Below are positions 11,385 through 23,090 of a stretch of DNA of 64,000 nucleotides, in pieces. The stretch's first letter is position 1. Every line of letters starts with the position of its first letter. The stretch is from NCBI RefSeq assembly GCF_964213995.1, contig NC_135808.1, forward strand, positions 32,426,001-32,490,000, in the 5' to 3' direction. The notes beneath the pieces are model-generated. The model saw only the letters and a program-made list of their open reading frames with translations, was not told the origin of the DNA and did no database searches. The stretch is from Mustelus asterias (Eukaryota). The position numbers and the translations under genes were made by a program.

Positions 11385-14300
11385 TGTGGTGAACCATCGT
11401 TGGTTCCCACTGGATAGTACTGAGCCAGGGTCTGGCCAGTACTACAAGTATGTACATATGTTGCTGTTGGGTTAGGGATGGGTTGTGCTACTTGTTGCTG
11501 TTGGGGTTAGGTTGGGGTTGTTACACCTTTGTATTGTAGTGTTATGGTACATCCCAGTCGGGCTCCGCCTCCTGGGAGAGGTATAAAGGTCCCTGCTCTG
11601 GCTGGGACCCCTCAGTCTGGGATCGTGTATATAATTGTTGGCTGCTTCGTTACAGCAAATAAAAACCTTTATTTCCTGAGCATCAAGCCTCGTGTGTGAC
11701 AACGCGCATCAATTTTATTTGCTGTTGTTAAACTCTCGTCGAAGAAAAAAAAAAGAGAGTATGGAGCAGATACTGAAGCCGGAACGCCTTACACTAGATC
11801 CACGTGCGGTGGGCGCCTCTAACACCTTCGACCACTGGCTGAAGTGTTTCGAAGACTACCTGGCAGCCTCCGCAGCGGTCACCACAGATGATGACAGACT
11901 CCATGTCCTCCATGCGAGGGTAAGCGACACTGTCTACCTCGCGATCCGTGCGGCCACCGATTACACAAAGGCCCTCGAGCTTCTGAAGAAGCGTTATATC
12001 AAACCGCCCAATGAAATACACGCTCGTTACCTCTTAGCCACTCGACAACGGCAGTCTGGCGAAACGATGGAGGAATATGCGAACGAGCTCCTACAGCTAG
12101 CCAGGGGCTGTAACTGCAAAGCTGTGTCGGCTGAGCAGAGTATAAACTACCTCGCCCGAGATGCGTTTGTGGTGGGAGTCGGATCGTCGTACATTCGACT
12201 TAAACTGCTGGAGAAAGGTAACCTTGACCTTACCCAGGCAATCGAGCGAGCGGAGATGCTGGAGACGGCCTCCAAAAGCCTAGTATTGTATCCTGAAGAC
12301 CACGTGGAGACAACATGGCAGGAGCAGTCGCCAATCCCTCCTCGTCCCTCGGGTTCAAAATGCCGCGTAATGGCGTGCTCACACTCAGGCCAGACGACGG
12401 CAGCAGCTCCGGGTGGCCCGCGGTGTTACTTCGTTGGGGGAGCGAAGCATACTCGGCAACGGTGTCCCGCTAAGTCTGTGTTGTGCTCCGCCTGCGGTAA
12501 GAAGGGGCACTATTCGAAAGTGTGCCGATCTAAATCTAGGAACGGCAGTGCAGCCTGCGATTCCTCAGAGCCCGGGTCTTTGTCGTCGAAATCATCGAGG
12601 GGTTCGTCCACGTGCGAGGCCAGGACGACGCCATTACGGTCGACGGAGTCGGAGGTGTGTGACCACCAGGGGTCGCTGAGTTTGACGCCATCACCCACGT
12701 GCGACCTATGGGAGCGGCCATGTTGGTCGGCACCGACCGCGAACGACTAGCAGGGGTCCTCCTCCTCTATTTCAGCTGCCTGCAGTGGCGCTCATGAGCC
12801 AACGGTGGCGTCGATCATCCTGGACCAGGCCAAGCCTCATAGACTTGACAAATCTATGATGAACATCCAGGTAAATGACCACGTGATTTATTGTCTGTTT
12901 GACAGCGGGAGCACTGAGAGCTTTATCCACCCAGACACTGTGACGTGGTGTGGACTCCGGATTCAACCTGCCAAACAGACAATTTCTATGGCATCGAGGT
13001 CCCGGTCTGTCACCGTGCGAGGGAGTTGCGTGGTAACTTTGACGGTGCAAGGCACAGTTTACGGGCGTTTCAAGCTCCTAGTGTTGCCGTACCTTTGCGC
13101 GCCAATACTTCTCGGACTAAACTTCATGGTCCACTTGAGGAGTGTAACCCTACAGTACGGTGGGCCACTCCCTTCACTGTCAGTGGGAGAACAGCAGCCT
13201 CCAAATTGCCCAACGCACCCCGCTTGTAGCCTCTCGACGCTGAAGATCACCACACCCTCCCTGTTCCAGAATCTTGTGCCAGGCTGCAAGCCCATCGCGA
13301 CTAAAAGTAGGCGTTACAGCGCTGAGGATCGGATCTTCATTAGATCTGAGGTTCAGCGGCTCCTCAAAGAAAGGATCATACAACCCAGCGCTAGTCCGTG
13401 GAGAGCGCAGGTCGTGGTGGTCAAGAGCGGGAACAAACCCCGGATGGTCATTGACTACAGTCAGACCATTAATCGATATACGCAGCTGGATGCGTATCCT
13501 CTCCCGCGCATATCTGATATGGTCAATCAGATCGTGCAGTACCGGGTGTTCTCCACCATAGACCTCAAGTCTGCCTACCACCAACTCCCCATTCGCCCAG
13601 AGGACCGACAATACACGGCTTTTGAGGCGGATGGTCACTTGTATCACTTTCTCAGGGTTCCCTTTGGTGTCGCCAATGGGGTCTCGGTCTTCCAGCGTGC
13701 TATGGACCGAATGGTCGACCAGAACGGGCTGCGGGCTACCTTCCCGTACCTGCATAATGTCACCATCTGCGGCCATGACCAGCAGAACCACGACACGAAT
13801 CTCCTGAACTTCCTACGCACTGCATCTCGCCTGAACTTGACCTACAACAGGGAGAAGTGTGTGTTTCGTACGCGCCGTTTAGCCATCCTAGGATACGTGG
13901 TGGAAAACGGGGTCATTGGCCCTGATCCAGACCGTATGCACCCCCTTTCTGAACTTCCCTTGCCTGCTAGTGCAAAAGCACTGAGAAGATGCTTAGGCTT
14001 CTTCTCTTATTATGCGCAGTGGGTTCCCAATTACGCGGACAAAGCCCGTCCGCTCATTAAGTCCACTACTTTTCCCCTAACGCCAGAGGCCCGATTGGCC
14101 TTTGATAAATTAAAAGCCGACATCGCGAAAGCTACGATGCACGCTGTTGATGAGTCCATCCCCTTTCAGGTGGCGAGCGATGCATCTGATTTCGCCCTGG
14201 CCGCCACACTTAACCAGGCGGGCAGGCCCGTCGCATTTTTTTCCCGCACCCTCCAAGGCCCCGAAATCCAGCATTCAGCGGTGGAAAAGGAGGCCCAGGC

Positions 14301-16127
14301 CATTGTGGAGGCCGTCAGGCACTGGCGCCATTACTTGGCGGGAAAACGGTTCATCCTGATCACGGACCAGCGGTCCGTGGCGTTCATGTTTAATAACACG
14401 CAGAGGGGCAAGATCAAGAATGACAAGATCTTGCGGTGGAGAATTGAACTCTCCACCTATAACTATGACATCATGTATCATCCAGGGAAACTCAATGAGC
14501 CCTCGGATGCCCTCTCACGTTGAACATGCGCCAGTATACAGGAGGACCGTTTGCAGGCTCTCCATAATGACCTATGCCATCCTGGGGTCACTCGGCTCTA
14601 CCACTTTATAAAAGCCCGCAATCTGCCCTACTCGGTGGAGGACGTCAGGTCAGTAACAAGAAGCTGTCGGGTATGCGCGGAATGCAAACCGCACTTTTAC
14701 CCACCTGACCGGGCACATTTAGTCAAGGCCACTCGTCCCTTCGAGAGACTGAGTGTCGATTTTAAGGGCCCCCTTCCCTCAACAGATCGGAATGTGTACT
14801 TCCTCAACATCATTGACGAGTACTCGAGGTTCCCTTTTGTTGTTCCCTGCTCTGATACATCCGCTGCCACGGTTATCAAGGCATTCCGTGATCTCTTTAC
14901 CCTGTTCGGGTACCCCGGCTACATTCACAGCGACAGGGGCTCGTCGTTCATGAGCGATGACTTGAGGCAATTCCTGCTCTCATACGGGATTGCCTCTAGT
15001 AGGACCACGAGCTACAACCCTCGGGGTAACGGACAGGTGGAACGTGAGAATGCTACAGTCTGGAAGGCTGTCTTACTGGCGTTGAAGTCAAAATGCCTTC
15101 CAGTCTCCCGTTGGCAAGAGGTGCTCCCTGATGCGCTCCATTCTATTCGCTCACTCCTGTGTACGGCAACCAATGCTGCTCCCCATGAGAGGATGTTTTC
15201 ATTCCCTCGGAAGTCTTCCTCGGGGACCTCTTTACCGTCTTGGTTGACGTACTCAGGACCCGTCCTCCTGCGGCGACATGTAAGGGCCCTCAAGTCCGTC
15301 CCGTTGGTCGAACAGGTCCATCTCCTCCACGCCAACCCTCAGTATGCCTATGTGGCATACCCTGACGGGCGAGAGGACACGGTCTCGATCCGAGACCTGG
15401 CGCCAGCAGGGGACGTAGCAACCCCTGTCGCTCCCATACCCCCTGTTACAAACCCTTTAACTCTTGTTTCTCCCCCGGACACGGCGCGGGCAGCATCGGG
15501 ACCATTGCTTACTCCCGTGTACAGCTTGCCTGAGTCCAGAGGATGGTCGCCACTTCAGGGCGTGTCGGGACTCCATGGACTACCGTCACCTCAGGGTCAA
15601 CCGGCCTGTGAGTCTGTGGAGGAACAGCTGGACATCACCTTGGGGAGAACGCCACCGCAAGTGCCTACTACGGTGTCACCGCCGGTATTGAGGAGTTCAC
15701 AACGACGGTGCGGTCCCCCTGACCGTCTGAACTTATAGACTGATGACAAATTATTCTGTTTTTGTACCCCGCCGGTCTTTGTTCTCAAAGGAGGGGTGAA
15801 TGTGGTGAACCATCGTTGGTTCCCACTGGATAGTACTGAGCCAGGGTCTGGCCAGTACTACAAGTATGTACATATGTTGCTGTTGGGTTAGGGATGGGTT
15901 GTGCTACTTGTTGCTGTTGGGGTTAGGTTGGGGTTGTTACACCTTTGTATTGTAGTGTTGTAGTACATCCCAGTCGGGCTCCGCCTCCTGGGAGAGGTAT
16001 AAAGGTCCCTGCTCTGGCTGGGACCCCTCAGTCTGGGATCGTGTATATAATTGTTGGCTGCTTCGTTACAGCAAATAAAAGCCTTTATTTCCTGAGCATC
16101 AAGCCTCGTGTATGATAACGCGCATCA
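11385..16127 (+). mobile_element. Full-length Ty3/Gypsy LTR retrotransposon, inactive
   Basis: 327-bp LTRs 11385-11711 and 15801-16127 (TG...CA, ~5 mismatches), 5-bp TSD GGAGG, PPT AAAGGAGGGGTGAA, domain order gag-PR-RT-RH-IN. Confidence 0.97.
11761..15738 (+). pseudogene. Gypsy gag-pol polyprotein, single frame with two in-frame stops
   Basis: Zn knuckle CSACGKKGHYSKVC, protease LFDSGS, RT motif YLHN (catalytic D lost), RNase H DASD, integrase HHCC and DDE; TAG 12748-12750 and TGA 14521-14523. Confidence 0.93.
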
Positions 16128-16319
16128 GGAGGGGATTACAGAGTGAAGGACCGAGGTTACTAAAGGCACAGTCCCCAGGGTGGCAGAGATTCTAATCCCT
16201 AACACTGGAGATGTCTGAATGAGAGGAACACAGAGATCTCACAGAGTTTGTGAAACTGGAGGAGATTACAGAAATAGGAAGGGGCGAGGACATGGAGAGA
16301 TTCAATTTTAAAATCCAGG

Positions 16320-17250
16320 GCAGAGGGAATGCTGCCTTTATTTCAAAGAGAATATAAAAGTAGGGAAAGCTTGCTAAAACTATACAAGGCACCAGTTAGA
16401 CCACATCGGGAAAACTGTGAACAAGTTTAGTCCCCTTATCTAAGGGAAAATATACTAGCATTGGAGGCAGTCCAGAGAAGGTTCAACAGGTTGAACCCGG
16501 GTGTTGAGGGATTTTCTTATGAGGAGAGGTTGAGTAGGTTGGGCCTGGACTCACTGGAGTTTAGAAGAATGAAAGGTGACCTTATTGAGATATATCAGAT
16601 TGTCAGGGGGTTTGGCAGGGTAGATGCTGAAAGGATGTTCCCCCTTGTGGGAGAGTCTAGGACCAGAGGACAGAATCTCAGAATAAGATGTCACCCATTG
16701 AAGACAAAGATGAGGAAGAATTTTTTCTCTCGGTACGTAGTGTCTCTCTGCAATTCTTTACCAGAGAGGGCTGTAGAGGCTGGATCATTCAGTATGTTCA
16801 AGGCTGAGAAAGACAGATTGTTAATCAGTTCGTGAACGAAGGGTTATGGGGATAAGGCAGGAAAGTGGAGCTGAGGTTTATCATATTCGGATCAGTCATG
16901 ATCTCATTGAATGGTGGAGGTGACCCGATGGGCTGAATGGCCTACACCTGATCCTATATCTTCTGGTCTTATGAGTCGCTTGACTGGGAACTTACAGGTC
17001 AGTGAGCACAGGAGTACCTGAGGAACACAGAGCCCAGTGAGAGGGTTCATGGACTGGGTTGTAAGAGCCTGAGGGGTATTGACAGGGTGGATGTGGAGAG
17101 GATGTTTCCTCTTGTGGGGGAATCTAGAACTCGGGGTCAGAGTTTAAAATAAGGGGTCTCCTGTTTAAGACAGAGATGAGGAGAAATGTTTTCTCTCAGA
17201 GAGTCACGAGGCTCTGAAACTCCTCCTCCCAAGGCAATGGAAGCTTTGAA
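16320..17250 (+). mobile_element. Two CR1 3' fragments, shared with the gene B upstream region (42100-43030)
   Basis: EAVQRRF...YEERL...RGDLIE motifs; collinear homologue upstream of gene B. Confidence 0.88.
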
Positions 17251-17253
17251 TAT

Positions 17254-17545
17254 TTGGCACAGTGGTTAGCACTGCTGCCTCACAGCGCCAGGTACCTGGG
17301 TTTGATTCCTGGTTTGGGTCACTGTCTGTGTGGAGTTTGCACGTTCTCCCTGTGTTTGCGTGGGTTTCCTCCTGGTGCTCCAGTTTCCTCCCACAGTCTG
17401 AAAGACATGCTGGTTTGGTGCATTGGCTGTGCTAAATCCTCCCTCAGTGTACCCGAACAGGCACTGGAGTGTGGCGACTAGGGGATTTTCACAATAACTT
17501 CATTGCATTGTTAATGTAAGCCTCCTTGTGACAATAAATAAACTT
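17254..17545 (+). mobile_element. tRNA-derived SINE (HE1-like)
   Basis: TGGCACAGTGGTTAGC A box, B box and conserved core; absent at the homologous site in B (~43030). Confidence 0.88.
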
Positions 17546-17559
17546 CTTACTTTTCCTTG

Positions 17560-17890
17560 GGAGAAGAAATTCTTCCTCAAATCCGTGTTAAGTGATCACC
17601 CCCTTATTCTGCGACTCTGCCCTCTGATCCTTCACTCCCCCACGAGTGGAAACATCCTCCCAACATTTACCCTGTCGAACCCCCGAAGACTCTTATATGT
17701 TTCAATCATATCACCGCTCATTATTCTGAACTCCTGGGAGCACAGACCCAACCTGTTTAATCTTTCCTCATATGGCAGTTCCTCCGTACCCGGCATCATC
17801 CCAGAAAACCTCCTCTGTACTGCCTCCAATGACAATATATTTCCTTAAATAAGGGGACCAAAACTGTACTCAATACTCTAACTGTGGCCT
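17560..17890 (-). mobile_element. CR1 ORF2 fragment
   Basis: LEAVQRRFSGMMPG...GDMIETYK; homologous to 43790-44110. Confidence 0.85.
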
Positions 17891-17984
17891 CATTAATAGC
17901 TTGTATTTTGATGGGGTGGGGGGGCTGCTGAGGGAGGGTGGATGGGAGTGAGGGTGTTTAACTGGCTGCCCGGGGCTGGGATTT

Positions 17985-18125
17985 ACAGGTGCGCACCTCC
18001 AATTCCAGCCCCGCCCCCATGACAGCCGCTCAGACTCGCGCTTCCTCACATTCCAACTCCCAAACGCGGGGCGCCAACTGCCGCTGCGCACGGCAGAACT
18101 ACAACTCCCATCAGGCACCGTGGGC
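17985..18125. promoter_or_regulatory. CpG-rich promoter-like element with ZNF143/Staf-type motif and GC box
   Basis: ACTACAACTCCCATCAGGCACCG at 18098-18120, CCCCGCCCCC at ~18009, TGCGCA motifs; no associated exon identified. Confidence 0.45.
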
Positions 18126-18194
18126 TGGCTCTCCCCCTGATTCCATACTGCCACTCCTCACTGCGCGGGCCTGGGGACACATGGGTAACGTACC

Positions 18195-18295
18195 AACAAC
18201 AGAAAATACTGGAAAATCTCAGCAGGTCTGACAGCATCTGTGGGGAGGGAATAGAGCCAACGTTTCGAGTCTGGATGACCCTTCGTCAGAGCTGT
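18195..18295 (-). mobile_element. Penelope-like element terminal fragment with hammerhead-like core
   Basis: Reverse complement reads CTGACGA-AGGGTC-ATCCA-GACTC-GAAACGTT; homologous to 45070-45165. Confidence 0.7.
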
Positions 18296-18379
18296 GGTTT
18301 CCATGCCAATTGTAAATGTTCCCCCACAGAAAATCCTTAACTCTGATCTGTATCTGTGAGTACTCACCACTCTTTGCAG

Positions 18380-18650
18380 CAGTGTGTGTGTGTATATGAG
18401 CGTGTGCCTGTGCATGCATGTGCTTATTTGTGCACCAGTTTGTGCTCGTGTCTGTGTGTACGTATGTATGTAAGTGTGTTTGTCCCTGTGTATGTTTGTG
18501 TCTGTGTGTTTGCATGTATGTGCGTGTGTGTGTTTCTCTGTATGTGCGTGTGTGTGTTTCTCTGTATGTGCGTGTGTGTGTTTCTCTGTATGTGCGTGCT
18601 TGTATGTGCGCACTGGTATATGTGTGCATGCTTACGTGGGGGTGTATGTG
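18380..18650. repeat. Degenerate (TG)n-rich simple repeat
   Basis: Visible TG/TGTA runs with a 24-bp higher-order unit. Confidence 0.9.
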
Positions 18651-18799
18651 CATCCTCACTCCAGAACCCATTGAATTATAAATTAAAATATAAATGAAAA
18701 ACTTGCAAGATTTCTACAAATCCTGTAAGACTGTTAAATTATTCAACTTCTTTCCACGTTGCTTTTTTTTAGTCTCAACGGGCTGTGAAAATGATTGAC

Positions 18800-19135
18800 T
18801 AGCCCAACATTTATTGCCCATCCCTAGTTGCCCTTCACAGTGCGATTAGGGTGGGAGTTCCAGGGTTTTGTCCCAACGACGGTGAAGGAACAGCTGATAT
18901 ATTTCCAAGTCAGGATGGTGTGTGGCGTGGAGTGGAACCTCCAGGTGGTGTGTGTTCCCAAGTATCTGCTGCCCTTGTCCTTCAAGATGCTAGTGGGTTA
19001 AAAGGTGTTGCCTAAGGAGCCTTGGTGAGTTTGTGCAGTGAATCTTGTAGCTTGTTCACACCCCTGCCACAGTGCATCAGTGGTGGAGGGATTGAATGTT
19101 TGTGAAAGGGGTTGCAATCAAGCAGGCTGCTTTAT
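18800..19135 (-). mobile_element. 3' end of an older CR1/L2-group LINE
   Basis: Appears to belong with the degraded minus-strand LINE at 23090-24290; subfamily not determined. Confidence 0.55.
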
Positions 19136-22100
19136 GTTGCCTGCCTGGTGCTCGGGTCCAAGATGTATCATCTGGGCTGCATAGGAACTTGGAGTGGGAG
19201 GGTAAGAATCCAGTTGTCGTGGTCCATGTAGGTGCCAATGACATAGGCATAACAGGAACAAAGGATGTGCAGAGGGAGTATGAAAAGCTCGGAATCAAAT
19301 TAAAAAGTAGAACCAACAAGGTGGTAATATCTGGATTACTACCTGAACCACACGCAAATTGGCACAGGGGCAATAGGGTTAAGGAGACGAATGCGTGGCT
19401 CAAGGATTGGTGTGGGAGTAATGGGTTCGAATTCATGGGACATTGGCACCAATATTGGGGCAGATGGGACCTGTTCGGATGGGATGGTCTCCGTCTGAAT
19501 CGTGCTGGGACCAGAGTCCTGGCAAATCGTGTAACTAGGGTCGTTGATAGGGATTTAAACTATTAAATGGGGGGGGAAGGGTGCAGGGGTATGGGGAATT
19601 ACAAAATCGGTGGTGAAGAAGAGAGTACAAGTGCAGGTTAATGTTGAGGACATTCAACTAGTTAAAGGAGTAGAGGGCTCGGGAGATGTTAGTAGCGTTT
19701 CAACAAACCAGGTCCAGATAAAGGCTGGCATAAAGACACTGCCTGAATGCATGAAGCATTCGAAACAAAGTAAATGAGTTGATGGCACAAATCCACACAA
19801 ATGAGTATGATCTAGTGTCCGTCACAGAAACGTGGTTGCAGGGTGACCGGGACTGGGAACTGAATATACAGGGGTATCAGACATTTAGGAAGGATAGACA
19901 GGAAGGAAAGGGAGGTGGGGTAGCTCTGTTAATAAAGGATAATATCAGGATGGTAGTGAGAGACGACATAGGCTCGAACGTGGAATCGTTGTGGGTGGAG
20001 ATAAGGAATAGTAGGGGGAAAAAGACACTGGTAGGCGTGGTCTATAGGCCCCCAAATAATAACTTAGAGGTGGGGAGGGCTATAAACAAGCAAATAATGG
20101 ATGTGTGCAAAAACGGAATGGCAATAATGGGGGATTTTAACCTGCATATTGATTGGTCGACTCAAATTGGACGTGGAGGGCTTGAGGAAGAGTTCTTAGA
20201 ATGCTGTCGGGATAGTTTCATTGAACAGTATGTTACAGAACCTACGAGAGAGCAAGTTATCTTAGATCTGGTACTGTGTAATGAGACAGGTAGAATTAAG
20301 GATCTTCTTGTGAGGGATCCTCTTGGGTTGAGTGATCATAATATGGTTGAATTTCTGATACAGATGGAGGGTGAGAAAGTAGGGTCCCAAACCAGTGTCC
20401 TCTGCTTGAACAGAGGGGAGTACGATAGGATGAGGGCGGAATTGGCTAATGTAGACTGGGCGAGCAGACTGGTAGGTAGGACAGCTGAGGAACAGTGGAG
20501 GATTTTTAAGGAGATTTTTTGAAGTACTCAGCAAAAATATATTCCGGTGATAAAGAAGGACTGTCAGGAAAGGGATAACCAGACGTGGATAACAAAGGAA
20601 ATAAAGGAGAGTATTAAAATGAAAACAGATGCCTATAGAGTGGCCAAAAATAGTGGAGAATTAGTGGATTGGGAAAGCTTTAAAAAAACAACAAAGAACG
20701 ACTAAGAAAGCGATTAAGAAAGGAAAGATAGATTATGAAACTAAACCAGCTCAAAATATAAAAAATGATAGTAAAAGTTTTACAAATATATAAAAAGGAA
20801 TAGAGTGGCTGGAGTGAATGTTGGACCCTTGGAGGACGAGAGGGGAGATTTAATCGTGGAAAACGAGGAAATGGCTGAGACTTTAAATAAGTTCTTTGTG
20901 TCGGTCTTCACGGTGGAAGACACAAATAGTTTGCCGAATATTAGAGATCGAGAGTTGGTCGGAGGTGAGGTCCTTAATACAATTACTGTTACAGAAGAGG
21001 TAGTGCTTGGTAGACTAATGGGACTGAAGGTAGACAAGTCCCCGGGCCCGGATGGAATGCATGCCAGGGTACTGAAAGAAATGGCTGAGGTAATAGCAGA
21101 TGCGTTAGTAGTTATTTATCAAAATTCGCTGGACTCTGGGGTAGTGCCGGCTGATTGGAAAACAGCTACTGTTACGCCGTTGTTTAAAAAAGAAAGTAGA
21201 CAAAAGGCGGGTAACTACAGGCCGGTTAGCTTAACGTCCGTAGTTGGGAAGATGCTAGAGTCCATTATTAAAGAGGAAATAGCAGAGCACCTGGATAAGA
21301 ATGGTTCAATCAAGCAGATGCAGCATGGATTCATGAAGGGAAAGTCGTGTTTGACGAATTTACTGGATTTTTATGAAGATGTGACTAGTGCGGTTGACAG
21401 AGGGGAACCGGTGGATGTGGTGTTTTTAGATTTCCAGAAGGCATTCGATAAGGTACCTCACAAAAGGTTGCTGCAGAAGATTGGGGTACACGGAGTTGGG
21501 GGTAAGGTGTTGGCGTGGATTGGGGATTGGCTATCTAACAGGAAGCAGAGTGTTGGAATAAATGGGTGCTTTTCTGGTTGGCAGTTGGTGACCAGTGGCG
21601 TGCCGCAGGGATCGGTGCTGGGGCCTCAACTGTTTACCATTTACATTGATGATCTGGAGGAGGGGACTGAGTGTAGGGTATCAAAGTTTGCTGATGACAC
21701 GAAGATGAGTGGGAAAGCGAATTGCGTGGAGGACGCGGAAAGTCTGCAGAGAGATTTGGATTGGTTGAGTGAGTGGGCGAGGATCTGGCAGATGGAATAT
21801 AACGTTGACAAATGTGAGGTTATCCACTTTGGAAGAAATAATAGTAAATTGGAATATTATTTAAATGGAGAAAAATTACATCATGCTACTGTGCAGAGGG
21901 ACCTGGGGGTCCTTGTGCACGAATCGCAAAAACTCAGTCTGCAGGTGCAGCAGGTGATCAAGGCGGCAAATGGAATGTTGGCCTTTATCGCGAAGGGGAT
22001 GGAGTATAAAAGCAGGGAGGTCTTGCTGCAACTGTACAAGGCACTGGTGAGGCCGCAACTGGAGTACTGTGTGCAGTTTTGGTCCCCTTATTTGCAATAG

Positions 22101-22600
22101 GAGGGAGTGCAGAGAAGGTTCACCAGGTTGATACCGGAGATGAGGGGTGTAGCTTATGAGGAGAGATTGAACAGATTGGGTCTGTACTCGTTGGAGCTTA
22201 GAAGGCTGAGGGGTGATCTTATAGAGACATATAAGATAATGAAGGGGCTGGATAGGGTAGAGGTAGAGAGATTCTTTCCACTTAGAAGGGAAACCAGAAC
22301 TGGAGGGCAGAGCCTCAAAATAAGTGGGGGCCGGTTCAGAACAGAGTTGAGGGGGAACTTCTTCTCTCAGAGGGTAGTGAATCTTTCGAATTCTCAGCCC
22401 ATTGAAGTGGTGGAGGCTTCCTCGTTGAATATGTTTAAATCACGGGTAGATAGATTTCTGATCGATAAGGGAATTAAGGGATATGGGGAGCAGGCGGGTA
22501 AGTGGAACTGATTCGTTTCAGATCAGCCATGATCTTGTTGAATGGCGGGGCAGGCTCGAGGGGCGAGATGGCCTACTCCTGCTCCTATTTCTTATGTTCT
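19135..22600 (+). mobile_element. CR1 LINE with partial ORF1 (SGNH esterase) and disrupted ORF2 (APE + RT)
   Basis: CCLPGARV, HVGANDIG, DGLRLN; VTETW, GGGVALLIK, GDFN, SDH; FADD; stops and frameshifts. Confidence 0.95.
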
Positions 22601-22679
22601 TTATCCTGAGTGGTGTCTATTGAGTTTCTTAAGTGTCTTTGAAGCTGCACTCATCTGGCCAAGTGGAGAGTATTCCATC

Positions 22680-23090
22680 ACAGAGAAACATAGAAAGCAG
22701 AAGCAGGAATAGGCCATTCGGCCCTTCAAGACTGTTCCGCCATTCATAATGATCATGGCTGATCATCAAATTCAATATTCTGATTTCCTTACACCCACCC
22801 CCCCCCACAATCCCGTGATCCATTTAGCCCCAAAAGCTCCATCTAATTTATTCTTGAAGTCAGACAATGTTTTGGCCTCACCTACTTTCTGTGACAGTGA
22901 ATTCCACACATTCACCACTCTCTGGGTGAAGAAATTTCTCCTCACCTCAGTTCTTATCCTCAAACTGTGACCCCTACTTCTGGACTCCCCCATTTGGAAC
23001 ATTCTTTCTGAATCTACCCTCTCTAATCCTGTGAGAATTTATAAGTTTCAATGAGATCCCCTCTCACTCTTTTCAACTCCAATGAACTCC
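22680..23090 (-). mobile_element. CR1 3' fragment
   Basis: GESRSRGHSLRI...RNFFTQRVVNVWNSL. Confidence 0.88.

Noticed and set aside
18158-18697. His/Thr- and Cys/Val-rich ORFs
   Set aside because: Translations of a TG-rich simple repeat
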